From Squalus acanthias (lineage: Eukaryota), in the NCBI GenBank assembly GCA_030390025.1, contig CM059431.1:103356001-103420000 (forward strand): DNA of 64,000 bases, given 5' to 3'. The first letter of the stretch is position 1. Every line of letters begins with the position of its first letter. Of this stretch, positions 13,301-26,032 are shown in pieces. The notes beneath the pieces were generated by a model. That model did not search any database. It was not told the DNA's origin and was given only the letters and a program-made list of their open reading frames with translations. The translations under genes were made by a program, and so were the position numbers.

Positions 13301-15392
13301 ACACACACACGGAGACACACGCACATGGAGACCCACACACATGGAGACACACACGCAGAGACACACGCACACGGAGACACACGCACATGCACATGGAGAC
13401 ACACGCACACGGAGACACACACACGGAGACACACACACACACAGACATGCACACGGAGACACACGCACACGCACATGGAGACACACGCACACGGAGACAC
13501 ACACACGGAGACACACACACACACGGAGACACACACACGGAGACACACACACAGAGACACACGCACACGGAGACACACGCACATGCACACGGATACTCAC
13601 GCACACGGAGACACACACGCACACGGATACACACACACGGAGACACACACACGGAGACACACACACAGAGACACACGCACACGGAGACACACGCACACGC
13701 ACACGGATACTCACGCACACAGAGCCACACGCACACGGAGACACACACACACAGAGCCACACGCACACGGAGACACACACACACGGAGACACACACACAC
13801 GGAGACACACACACACGGAGACACACACACACAGAGCCACACGCACACGGAGACACACACACATGGAGACACACACACACGGAGACACACACACACGGAG
13901 ACACACACACACAGAGACGCACACACACACACAGACACACACACACGGATACACACACGGAGACACACACGGAGACACACACACACACAGACACACACAG
14001 ACACACACGGGGACAGACACACACAGACACACACGGGGACACATGCACACACACACGGAGACACACACACACAGAGCCACACGCACACGGAGACACACAC
14101 ACACGGAGACACACACACACGGAGACACACACACACGGAGACACACACACACAGAGCCACACGCACACGGAGACACACACACACGGAGACACACACACAC
14201 GGAGACACACACACACGGAGACACACACACACAGAGCCACACGCACACGGAGACACACACACATGGAGACACACACACACGGAGACACACACACACGGAG
14301 ACACACACACACAGAGACGCACACACACACACAGACACACACACACGGATACACACACGGAGACACACACGGAGACACACACACACACAGACACACACAG
14401 ACACACACGGGGACAGACACACACAGACACACACGGGGACACATGCACACACACACGGAGACACACACACACAGAGCCACACGCACACGGAGACACACAC
14501 ACACAGAGACACACACACACACACACACAGACACACACGGGGACACTGACACACAGAGACACACGCACACGCACACGGAGACACACACACACGGAGACAC
14601 ACGCACATGGCGACACACACACATGGAGATAGACACACACGGAGACACACGCACACGCACACGGAGAGACACACACATGGAGACACTCGCACACGCACAC
14701 GGAGACACACACACACGGAGACACACGCACACAGAGCCACACGCACACGGAGACACACACACACAGAGCCACACGCACACGGAGACACACACACACAGAG
14801 ACACACACACACACACACACAGACACACACGGGGACACTGACACACAGAGACACACGCACACGCACACGGAGACACACACACACGGAGACACACGCACAT
14901 GGCGACACACACACATGGAGATAGACACACACGGAGACACACGCACACGCACACGGAGAGACACACACATGGAGACACTCGCACACGCACACGGAGACAC
15001 ACACACACGGAGACACACGCACACAGAGCCACACGCACACGGAGACACACACACACAGAGCCACACGCACACGGAGACACACACACACGGAGACACACAC
15101 ACACGGAGACACACACACACAGAGACGCACACACACAGAGACGCACACACACACACAGACACACACACACGGATACACACACGGAGACACACACGGAGAC
15201 ACACACACAGACACACACAGACACACACGGGGACACACACACACAGATACACACGCACACGGAGACAACGCACACAAAGACACACACACACATGGAGACA
15301 CACACACACGGAGACACACACACACGGAGACACACACACACAGACACACACACACAGACACACACACACAGACACTCGCACACGCACACACA
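10361..15392. repeat. ~5-kb CA-rich minisatellite (GGAGACACAC[G]CACAC variants)
   Basis: Directly visible. It explains all the His/Thr and Cys/Val-rich ORFs. Confidence 0.97.
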
Positions 15393-15819
15393 CGATTTCT
15401 TGAGCAACATAACCTCAGGAAAAGAGTCCTCATGTGTAACGTCACTGGGGAAACTTTTGTCTTGCGTGCTTCCAATGCTGACCTTCGCGTGAGCAGCATC
15501 TATCAGAAAAACTGACGCCATCCAACAATTTTAGTGGGTGAAAGGTTGTGGGCAGCACCAACCCAGTTTTCCAATAGGCACTGCTGGTGCACAAGATCAG
15601 ATATACTTCAATACCTTCACACAGTCTGATGGTCAACAGGTCTTCAGTCACTGACAGCCAAAAAAGCAACAGCTGAATTGATAAATGTGTTTAGGTATTA
15701 ATTAGATTCTGATTTTCTATCTTCACAGAACAAGTCACTATGAGTGGTCTGCACTATTCACCAAAGCATCTTTCATTATCCACCCCACACTAATGCTAAA
15801 CACTGAGACGGACAGTGAA

Positions 15820-16272
15820 TTGGGTAGCACTCTTGCCTCTGAGTCAGGTGGTTGTGGGTTCAAGTCCCACTCCAGAGACTTGAGCACATTATCTCGGCTG
15901 ACACTCTAATGTAGCACTGAGGGAGTGCTGCACTGTCGGAGGTGCCGTCTTTCGGAAGAGATGTTAAACTGAGGCCCCGTCTGCGCTCTTAAATGCACGT
16001 AAACGATCCCATGGCACTATTTCGAAGAGCAGGGGAGTTCTCCCCGGTGTCCTGGGGCCAGTATTTATCCCTCAACCAACATCACTAAAACAGAGTATCT
16101 GGTCATTATCACATTGCTGTTTACGGGATCTTACTATGCGCAATTTGGCTGCTGCGTTTCCTACATTACAACAGTGACCGCATTTCAAAAGTACTTCATT
16201 GGCTGCAAAGCGCTTTGTGACGTCCCGAGATCGTGAAAGGCGCTATATAAATGCAAGTCTTTCTTTCTCTTC
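15820..16272 (+). mobile_element. DeuSINE (SacSINE1-like), near full length
   Basis: tRNA-like head, Deu domain and aaaggcgctatataaatgcaagt tail. Confidence 0.9.
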
Positions 16273-16459
16273 TTTTAAAGCAGCATCCTAGAGAAATTCG
16301 GTTGAAATTTTCATGGAGGTTCTCTGGTGGGAGCTCTCGGAATGTCCCGAGGAAGAGAGCAAAGGGCTAAAAATGGTCTTTGACCTTTTTTTTTGGGGGG
16401 GGGGGGTGGCGGGGGGGGTTCGGCCAATGTCCTGCCAAAGTCCCAGCAGGAGATCGGGA

Positions 16460-16793
16460 CATAAGAAAATAACATAAGAATTAGGAGCAGGAGTCGGCCA
16501 TTCGGCCCCTCGAGCCTGCTCCGCCATTCAATGAGATCATGGCTGACCTTCCACCTCAACTCCACCTTCCTGCACTATCCCCGTATCCCCTGATTCCCTT
16601 AATATCCAAAAATCTATCGATCTCTGTCTTGAATATACTCAACGACTGAGCCTCCACAGCCCTCTGGGGTAGAGAATTCCAAAGATTCACCACCCTCTGA
16701 GAGAAGAAACTGCTCCTCATCTCAGTCCTAAATGGCCGACCCCTTATTCTGAGACTGTGACCCCTGGTTCTAGACTCCCAGCCAGGGGAAACA
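16460..16793 (-). mobile_element. CR1 LINE 3' end
   Basis: RTRGHSLRIRGRPFRTEMR..FFSQRVVNLWNSLP peptide plus 3' UTR. Confidence 0.9.
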
Positions 16794-17262
16794 GAGACAA
16801 ACCCACGGAAATTCAAGGTCATGGTTGTTATCCTTGTTCAACGATGTGGAAGAAGCAGCAGAGAACAAGGCACGTTTGGCAGGAGATCATAATGTAGGAG
16901 AGCTGGGTGCCGAGGGACCAACAGGTTGTAGTCAGATGCAAGATGGTGCAGCTCATACATTGTCCATTTAAAGGACACACTAATGAATCAAATGGCTATT
17001 TCTTCTTCCATACTTTCTTATATCATTGTGCCCCCCCCTTAAACATAACTTTCCACAGGTTTGGAGGATTCAACACATCAGGAATTGGCAGTATAACCGC
17101 TACAGCGCTGGTACAGGGAAGAATGGGAGGACTTCAGGTCATGAGTGATGTCCACCAGCAATTTCAATTTCACCATTGTTTATGTGGGAAAGGATAATCT
17201 GGAGCCACTTCTGCTGCCTTTAGCTCTTCTCTGAAATGTTAGTTGATTGAAAATTACATCAT

Positions 17263-17345
17263 GGGGAACTGGGTGGGACAGCGAGTTAGACACTGACCTT
17301 TCACCCGTGGGACCCTGAGTTCAAATCCAATCCAAACTGATGTGA
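17263..17345 (+). mobile_element. LF-SINE-like tRNA-derived SINE head
   Basis: gggaactgggtgggacagcgagttagacactgacctttcacc...gttcaaatcc with a B box; resembles the recalled LF-SINE 5' end. Confidence 0.5.
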
Positions 17346-17493
17346 TAGGCGCTATAGAAATGCAAGTCTGTCTGTCTTTCTTTCTTCGAGGGAGTCCAAA
17401 TACTCACCACAATATTAAGATAAATGTTGGACTTAAGAAGCCTCCCCATTCCAGTGCTTGGATCTGCAAATCTGAACCATGAAAAGACTTAAA

Positions 17494-18050
17494 CGGTGTC
17501 AGCTGTGGCTCAGTGGGTAGCACCCTCACCTCTGAGTCAGAAGGTTGCAGGTTCAAGTTCCACTCCAGAGACTTGAGCACAAAAATCCAGGTTAACACTC
17601 CCAGTGCAGTACTGAGGGAGGGCTGCACTGTCGGAGGGGCAGTACTGAGGGAGTGCTGCACTGTCGGAGGGGCAGTACTGAGGGAGTGCTGCACTGTCGG
17701 AGGGGCAGTACTGAGGGAGCGCCGCACTGTCAGAGGTGCCGTCTTTCAGATGAGACGTTAAACCGAGGCCCCATCTGCTCTCTCAGGTGGACGTAAAAGA
17801 TCCCACAGCCACTATTTCGAAGAAGAGCAGGGGAGTTCTCCCCGGTGTCCTGACCAATATTTATTCCTCAATCAACATCACTAAAAACAGATTATCTGGT
17901 CGTTATCACATTGCTGTTTGTGGGCAAATTGGCTGTCGCGTTTCCTACATTACAACAATGACCACACTTCAAAAATACTTGATTGGTCGTAGAGTGCTTT
18001 GTGACTCCTGAGGTGGTGAAAGGTGCTGTATAAAATGCACGTCTTTCTTT
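17494..18050 (+). mobile_element. DeuSINE with internal 33-bp tandem expansion (~17607-17735)
   Basis: Full SINE; the unit gcagtactgagggagtgctgcactgtcggaggg is repeated about 4 times. Confidence 0.9.
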
Positions 18051-18865
18051 TAAATCCTTAACAATATTTATACACAATTATAGCTTAGGAACACAAATGG
18101 ATGTTTTTTCTCCCCCCTCCCCCCAATTATTTATTACGTTTCCCAATTTGTTTAGGCATCCTGAGCCAGTTGAGGGGGCGAGGGGAAGTTTTGAGTTGTG
18201 GACTTTTCGATGACCATTAAGATATGCTCATTGCCTCGTGACATAGACAAAGTCATTTGCTTCCCTCCTGCCAAGGTAGTAATGATCTGCTGCGGCCCCC
18301 ACGGTTTCACTGAGTGGACATATTAATAAGTGATGAAATGTATCACCCTGGTGGCTTTCAGATTCAAGTGGCAGATAGCTTCGAAACACAAACCCATGCC
18401 TCCCTTAATAAAGCTGTTCTGTGGCTCAGTGGCAACTGCAATAAGGAAGTTACCTTCCAACACCTGTCTGACCAGCTGTCGAGGGAGCCATAGTTCCAAA
18501 TGAGTGCACAAGACAGACACTCGGCAACAGGATTTACATTTTGGCAGAGAAACCAACATTTCTATTCCACGGGCTGAGTTGAGTAATGGCCGTTGGCTGT
18601 GAAATCTGAATAATAAAATTGGGACTAGCACAGGTATTCAGGGTAATTGCACAGCTATACATTGTACAAGTGTAGTTCAAATGAATCAGCAAGTGTGCGA
18701 AGCTTAATAATGGGTAAACAGCAAGAAGTCTGACTCAACCAGGTGCAATTAGAATCCATTGCTTTGCGCAATTTAAACTGCTCAATTAATCCACAGCTGG
18801 AGGCGAGTCAATGACATTGGTATTGCAGTAAAATGAAGCACAAATCTATCGTTAGTGTAACAATC

Positions 18866-19180
18866 CATCTTTTGGACGGGATGTTAAACCGAGGCCCCCG
18901 TCTGCTCTCTCAGGTGGACGCGAAAGATCCCAGGGCCACTGTTTCGAAGAAGAGCAGGGGGGAGTTCTCCCCGGTGTCCTGGCCCAATATTTATCTCTCA
19001 ACCAGCATCAGTAAAACAGATTATCCGGTCATTATCACATTGCTGTTTGTGCTGTGCGCAAATTGACTGCCGCGCTTCCGGCATTACCACAGCGCCTACA
19101 CTTCATAGGTGTCTCGTCGGCTGTAAAGCGCTTTCGGAGGCCCCGCGGTTGTGAAAGGTGCTGCAGTTCTTTCTTCTTTC
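18866..19180 (+). mobile_element. DeuSINE 3' part
   Basis: Deu domain and tail. Confidence 0.85.
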
Positions 19181-20061
19181 CTTTCATTAAAGTTTTGTCA
19201 AATCTGCGTCTGATGAAGAAAATTCTTTTTCGGAAAGCAGTGGATGTTTACTCTCTATTTTGCTCATGGACAAGTTTTTTAAAAAATGCGTGTTAATTGA
19301 GGATTTTAACTGGTCCAGTGGATGGCTGTAGTAAAAATGAAGATTTCATTTTTCATCAATATCAACGTCTACCTTACAGCGAACACTGTTTAGTGACTTG
19401 GAGGACATTCTGATCAGTCTGTTCCTCAGTGCCAGCTTCTGCACGAAAGTGTGCAAGGGATGGTTGGACACTGATGATTTTTATTCATACCAAAGCAGTG
19501 GATGTCAATAAGTGGTAGCTCCCATTGGACGATGAGAGTTGATGATTATTTAAGCAAAGGGAGGAAAATGTGGGGAGAACGATTTATCAGGGAACAGGAA
19601 TGGATGGAAAGCACATACTTTGCAGCAATTTGTGAAAGATCTACAGCATAATAGTTGGAGTGTTTGGAGCACAATAATGATTACACCCACATCTATCTCT
19701 CCGTATTAAAAAAAAAAATTGCATATGCTGTGACTTCCTGCCCACATAAGCTTATATTCTGTCATCATTTGGTATCATGATCAGCATTTTATGACGGAAA
19801 AGCTCTGTCTTAATATGTCAACATCTTATGATGGAAAGACGGTGGGGGGTAATGTTTCCCCTTTCACTATGTGGGCTGCAATCTGGCAGAGCAGATCTCC
19901 AGCTCGTTAGAACCTGCCCAGTTTTCATTTCATAATGGACGGCTTCTATACCGGCCAGCGGATCCACTCCATCAGTTTACAGGCAACTCGGTGAGGGTGA
20001 AAATGACATGTTATGCCACCATTTTGACAACACTTTAAACAGTGGGAACAGCCTACTTTAG

Positions 20062-20850
20062 ATTTTGCCTTGGCACCATCCTCCCTTTTGTCATTTAATC
20101 ACTCCTGCCCTCCACCCTATCACAGACCTTCCCTTTGTTCTTTCCCCCCACCCCCCGCCCTCCCCCCACCCTTTATCCCTGGCTCAGCACTTGCTTAATA
20201 ACTGTTACATCTCTTCCAGAACTTCTTCCAGTTCTACCGAAAGGTCGTTGACCTGAAACAACAACAACAACAACTTGTATTTATATAGCACCTTTAACGT
20301 AGTAAAACGTCCCAAGGTGCTTCACAGGAATATTTTAAGACAAAAAATTTGACACCGAGCCACATAAGGATAAATTAGAGCAGGTGACCAAAAGCTCGGT
20401 CAAAGAGGTAGGTTTTAAGGAGCGTCTTAAAGGAGGAGAGAGAGGTAGCGAGGCGGAGAGGTTTAGGCGGGGAATTCCAGAGCTTAGGGCCCAGGCAACA
20501 GAAGGCACGGCCGCCAATGGTTGAGCGACTATAATCAGGGATGCTCAAGAGGGCAGAATTAGAGGAGCGCAGATATCTCGGGGGGTTGTGGGACTGGAGG
20601 AGATTACAGAGATAGGAGGGGCGGGGCCATGGAGGGATTTGAAAACAAGGATGAGAATTTTGAATTGGAGGCGCTGCTTAACCGGGTGCCAATGTAGGTC
20701 AGCGAGCACAGGGGGTGATGGGCGAACGGGACTTGGTGCGAAACGTTAACTCTGTTTCTCTCTCCGCAGAGGCTGACTGACCTGCTGAGTGTTTCCAGCA
20801 TTTTCTGTTTTTATTTCAGATTTCCAGCATCCGCAGTATTTTGCTTTTGT
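20062..20850 (+). mobile_element. Penelope 3' repeat interrupted by an L2 fragment
   Basis: Matches 1130-1415; split at gaaac (20255-20259 / 20740-20744). Confidence 0.8.
20260..20739 (-). mobile_element. L2 LINE 3' end
   Basis: (ttg)n tail and PITPVLADLH-type RT C-terminus on the reverse strand. Confidence 0.9.
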
Positions 20851-21149
20851 TTTGGAAAAGCCTCTCTGTTGACCATAGTGCAGTTATAGGCCTCCCACCA
20901 CTGGTGACACTCTCGCACAAGCTGCTCAGGTCCATCTGTCATTTTATATCTTTCATGGAATTGTACTTTACATTATTACTGTTTTGCCTGTGTCTGCCAC
21001 TCTCCCCATTCCAGGTAAATTACTAAATCTTCTCTTTTGCTCATCGCCTTTTCCCTTATCGCCGATCTCTGCTTCCAGGCCCTCCAGCTTCTGTTTTGCA
21101 TGGGCGAGAAATATTGAACCCTGGTTAGAAAGGACTTTATTAACTCTTT

Positions 21150-21690
21150 TTATTTGTTCTTGCGATGTCACTGATGCTGGCATGGTCGCATTTAATGCCC
21201 ATCCCTAGTTACCCGAGAAGGTGGTGATGGGCCTTTGCCTTGAACGCTCCTTGTGCTCCTTAATGGTGATGGGTGGGAGAATTCCAGGATTTTAATCCAT
21301 GGGCAATCAAACAGCAGCATATGCCCAAGCCAGGATGCTGTGCGCCTTGGAGGTGATGATGTTTCCATGATCTTGCTGCTCTTGTCCATCTTGGTGGTAG
21401 AGGTCACGGGCTGGGAGGTGCTGTTGAGGAAAACTTGGCGAATTACTACAGTGTGCCCTGTAGATCGTACATACCGCGGCCACTGCGCGTTGGTGTGGAG
21501 GGGGTGGACATTGAGTTTGGTGGTGGGGACACCAATCAAGTGAACTGCTTTGTCTCGGATGGTGCCGAGCTTCTTGAGCATTGACCCCACTGCACCCATC
21601 CAGCAGGGGTGGTGAGTATTCCATCACATTCCTGACTTGTGCCTTGTAGATGGGAGAGAGGTATTGAGGAGTCAAGGGGTGAACGATCCA
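21150..21690 (-). mobile_element. CR1-group LINE 3' fragment (distinct subfamily)
   Basis: IYKAQVRNVMEYSP..LKKLGTIRDKAVHLIG peptides. Confidence 0.75.
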
Positions 21691-21867
21691 TTGAAGAATA
21701 CCCTGTCCTATTCTTGTAGCCACATATATGTAAACTGGAAGTGTAACCACCCAGAAATTGAATTCACAGTTAAATTTCTGTTTTCTGTTAGGCACTAATG
21801 GCACCCACATTATGCTAAACCTTTATAAATGTCAAGTTAGACCTCAGCTAGTGTATTGTGTCCATAA

Positions 21868-22420
21868 AAAACATAAGAAATAGGAGCAGGAGTCAGCCAT
21901 TCGGCCCTTCGAGCCTGTTCCACCATTCAATGAGATCATGGCTGATCTTCTGCCTCAATTCCATTCACTGGCCCTATCTCCATATCCCTTGATGCCCTGA
22001 CTAGTCAGAAATCTATCGACTTCTGTTTTGAATATACCCAATGACTGAGCCTCCACAGCCCTCTGGGGTAGAGAATTCCAAAGATTCACCACCCTCTGTG
22101 TGAAGAAATTTCTTCTCATCTCAGTCCTGAATGGCCTACCCTTTATCCTGAGGCTGTGGCCCCTGGTTCGAGACTCCCCAGCCAATGGAAACATTCTCCC
22201 AGCATCCACCCTATCAAGCCCTGTAATAATTTTGTATGCTTCAATGAGATCCCCTCTCATTCTTCTGAATTCAAGAGAATACAGGCCTAGTTTACTCAAT
22301 CTCTTCTCATACGACAGTCCCACCATCCCAGGAATCAATCTCATGAACCTTCGTTGCACTCCCTCTGTGGCAAATATATCCTTCCTTTGGTAAGGAGACC
22401 AAAATTATACACAGTACTCC
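21868..22420 (-). mobile_element. CR1 LINE 3' end
   Basis: ORF QRRFMRLIPGM..LGLYSLEFRRMRGDLIE. Confidence 0.92.
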
Positions 22421-22930
22421 AATTCTGGGCACCACACTTTGGGAAACCTTGGAGAGGGTGCAGAGGAGATTTACTAGAATGGTACCAGGGATGAGGGACT
22501 TCAGTTACGTGGCGAGACTGAAGAAGCTGGGGTTGTTCTCCTTAGAGCAGGGAAGGTTAAGGAGAGACTTAATAGAGGTGTACAAAAATCATGAGGGGTT
22601 TTGAGAGAGTAGATCGGGAGAAACTGAGGGAGAAGCTGTTTGCACTGTCAGCATAGCCGTTAACCAGAGGACACAGATTTAAAATAATTGGCAAAAAAGC
22701 CAGGAGGGAGATGAGGAGAAATGTTTTTACGCAGCGAGTTGTTGTGATCTGGAATGCGCTGCCTGAAAGGGTGCTGGAAGCAGATTCAATAGTAACTTTC
22801 AAAAGGAAATTGGATCTCTATTTTTAAAAAGGAACAATTTGCAGGGCTGCGGGGAAAGAGCAGGGGAGCGGGACTAATTGGATAGCTCTTTCAATGAGCC
22901 GGCGCAGGCACGATGGGCTGTATGAGTCTA
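22421..22930 (+). mobile_element. CR1 LINE 3' end (second subfamily)
   Basis: LERVQRRFTRMVPGM..LGLFSLEQ..RGDLIEVYK. Confidence 0.88.
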
Positions 22931-23594
22931 TGAAATGTGAGCTTACAAAGGATGGCCTACCCCGATGAGTTTATTCCGCAGCCTAATTGCCTAGAATTAA
23001 TTTCTGCTGACTCGTGCATTAGACCTTTTTCACTGTCATCGCTGTTACTGGCTTTGCTTTGGTACCAGGTTGGCAAATGGCGAATCCTTTGTCACACAAA
23101 CTAACAGATGAACAATTCACTAACAGATTTAGGCAGTCGCTAAGAAAAAGTACCTGTCTGTTTCTTTGGAGACGAACTGAGGTATAGTCCACCTGAAAGT
23201 ATTGGTCCAACAGCGAAATAATAAATAATGGGTAGAGACTTGCTCACAGTCTAACTCACACAGACTGCATTTGGCTCTTGTCCAGCTGTTCAGACAAGGA
23301 AAAATGGAACATCTAAAAGTACTCCAGGCTCCAAGATGAATGTCTAACACACTGACATGTCGCACTTTACGGAAAAATAGACGTGCCTTTGATCAAAGTA
23401 GACACAAGATAGTTGCTGAGATATCGCAACGGCATGAGGCAATGCTGACGGGGCTCTGGGCTTCTGGAACAGATTGAGCAAGTTCCGCACTGTCAATAAA
23501 AGGCACAGGACCTTCTTAATGACCACCCGCCTCGCCTGTTCAATGTGTATCCAGGAACAAACTGCAACTGTCTCTGTCCAGTGGTAAAATTACC

Positions 23595-24478
23595 GGGCCG
23601 TATTTTGCGACCCCTACGGGAGCGTGCGAGGTGCGCACGCGCCCGTAAGGGCCGGGCAAGTTCCGTGTTTAGGCATGCGAAGCGCATGTGCGCAAACCCG
23701 GAACTTGCGATCTGTCAAGAATTCTCTTGCGGTGTAATTTTCTTAATGCACTATGTATGGATCTTGCTTTTGTAATGAACAAACTGGACTTAGTACCTGA
23801 AGCATTGTAGATAATAAAGATTTTGGCAAGTAGTTTTGGCAAGAATTCTCTTGACAGATCATCCACATCCCCGAGAGACGACCCTCTGTGGGCGGAGAGT
23901 GGCGCTATTCGCCCAACTTCTGCCCGCTGAATGCCTGTGAAATTCTTATGCCTGGTAAGGTCTGCTTTTACCAGCATAAGAGTTTTAAAAAATAGAAAAA
24001 TAAAATGTGATCACTCATTTATACATTAAAAACCCTGTCCAATAAGGTAAGTTTATTTTTAGCCCCGTTAAAACATAGGCATTTTTTTTTCAAAAAATTA
24101 AATTTTTGTTTAAAATATTTAATTAAATGGCATTTTAATTCATTTGAAATATGTAATTTAATTTTTTTTTCTTTCATGTGTTGGTGTATTTTTTAAGTGA
24201 TCCCCATTCATGTTTACGGGGATTCCGTACATACGGAACTCCCATAAGTATGAATGGGGATTTTCCCTTCTTTTATTGGTTGGGTCGGCTCACGTGATCC
24301 CAGGGGCGCAGGCGGTTTGCGAGCGCCCCGGGGATACGTGAGGCTCTGCCCGTGCGGACCCGGAGAGGCCCAGGATCGCGAGTCTCCACACCTCCCGGAC
24401 CACCAGGTAAATGCATAGATATTTTACAGGCCGGAGGCGTCTGCCCTGCAGGAAACCTCCGATCGCAAATGTTGGGCC
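23595..24478. mobile_element. MITE family B
   Basis: TIRs gggccgtattttgcga / tcgcaaatgttgggcc; AT-rich core; homologous to the 59440 and 59743 copies. Confidence 0.88.
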
Positions 24479-24689
24479 ACTGACTTCACAAAGTTGAAGC
24501 CTCAGGAACATCCTCGTCCCAAATTTAACATGACACAATGGAGGATGATGCAACCTTTCATCGATGAATATTGCCCTATCTTTTTCCCCCGTGCCATTTT
24601 CTCGGAAAGCGATTTGTAAAGTAAGTCATGAAATGAATTTGTGCACCTACAAAGCAAGAGACTGCTGTTGTGTTAATCATTCTCCAGCA

Positions 24690-25252
24690 AAACCGTGGGA
24701 AGACCGAACCCCTAATCTTCGGCCCCCACTACATGCTCTGCATCTTGGCCATGTGCTGCATGCTGGATACCTGGCCAATGTTTCACGATGAACTCGCACC
24801 AAGTCCCGTTCACCCATCATCACCCCTGTGCTCGCTCCGGTTGAGCAACGCCTCGATTTTAAAATTCTCAGCCTTGTGTTCAAATCCCTCCATGGCCTCC
24901 TCGCCCCCCTCCCTACCTCTGCAACCTCCTCCAGCCCGACAACCCTCCGAGATCTCTGCGCTCCTCCAATTCTGGCCTTTGGCGCAAACCCCGATTTTAA
25001 TCGCTCTACCATTGGCGGCCGCGCCTTGAGCCCATAGCTCTGGAATTCCCTCCCTAAATCTCTCCACCTCTCTACCTCTCTTTCCTCCTTTAAGACGCTC
25101 CTTAAAACCTACCTCATGGACCAAAGCTGTCCTGATATCTCCTGATGTGGCTCGGTGTCAGAATCTGTTTGATAATCGCTCCTGTGAAGCGCCTTGGGAC
25201 ATTTTGTTACCTTAAAGACGCCATATAAATACAAGTTGTTGTTGTTGTTGTT
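24690..25252 (+). mobile_element. L2 LINE 3' end
   Basis: QRLDFKILSLVFKSLHGL peptide and (gtt)n tail. Confidence 0.88.
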
Positions 25253-25324
25253 GAACCAGACAACTTGTGACCTTGGCGTCCTGTTGACCCCGCGCTGACC
25301 CTATATCTTCTCAATCACAAAGAC

Positions 25325-25650
25325 TTAAAAACCGTGAAGGATTTTGATCGAGTAAATGGGGAGAAACTGTTTCCAGTGGCAGAGAAGAGTCGGTAACCAG
25401 AGGACACAGAATTAAGGTGAATGGCAAAAGAACCAGAGGCGACATGAGGAAAAAATCTTTTACGCAGCGAGTCATTGTGATCTGGAAGGCGCTGCCTGAA
25501 AGGGGCGGTGGAAGCAGATTCAATAGTAACTTTCAAAAGGGGAATTGGATAAATACTTGAAGGGAAAAGATTTGCAGGGCTCCGGGGAAAGAGCAGGGAA
25601 GTGGAACTAACTGCATGGTTCGACCAAGGAGCCAGCACAGGCTGTATCAT
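25325..25650 (+). mobile_element. CR1 3' end
   Basis: Matches the 22600-22930 subfamily. Confidence 0.8.
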
Positions 25651-26032
25651 ACTATGATCCCTCCACCACTGCCTGCCTCTGTCTGCTATTATTCTCAATG
25701 GGTTAACACGCCAGACAAAGGAATATCACACAGGCGTGTTTTGTGTTCATTCACTGGTGTGACTGATCTCTGGGGAATACTCTTGCTAATAGTGCTATTG
25801 TTCATGAAAATTATTTCATTTTTTTTGGTTGGTGCATGTGATCTGCCCGACTCCAAAGCAGCAGCTCTGACTTAGAGTTAAGAAAGCTGAAATTCTGCAG
25901 GGGTTCCTCCGATCCACTGCTATAACTGGCGGAAGTTCCAGGAAGACTGTAGCAGCCGGGCTACACTCCACAGGATGTACGTGGGCCCCACCAGTAAAGA
26001 CACAAGGCATAAGAAATAGGAGTATACTGATT

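Larger units (their letters stand above)
2150..19830 (+). pseudogene. Endogenous Mononegavirales-like L polymerase fossil (L-B), C-terminal portion, rhabdovirus-like motifs, TE-fragmented
   Basis: Plus-strand islands give, in order: IIGFK/HLL ~2400-2430 and NLF*HPSS ~2557-2582 (RG..D and DP.SL positions); G*KVVGSTNP 15536-15565 (cf. rhabdoviral WGRKVVGTTVP); TFHRFGGFNTSGIGS...VMSDV 17048-17152 (PRNTase HR motif); HSWRRVNDIGIAVK* ~18792-18836; VDGCS ~19318; TLFSDL ~19384; ENDLSGNRNGW ~19575; CICCDF ~19720 (methyltransferase order). It may extend to base 1 and to ~20970. Confidence 0.65.

Noticed and set aside
10279..15521. Very long ORFs (up to 1418 aa) rich in His/Thr or Cys/Val
   Set aside because: They are open in multiple frames on both strands because the CA-rich minisatellite lacks stop codons.
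17170..17260. Possible host exon on the minus strand (ctaacatttcag acceptor)
   Set aside because: There is no matching donor or partner exons, and the region reads better as plus-strand L-B.
17500..17570. tRNA genes (also at 15820, 40330 and others)
   Set aside because: These are tRNA-derived SINE heads that continue directly into the Deu domain.
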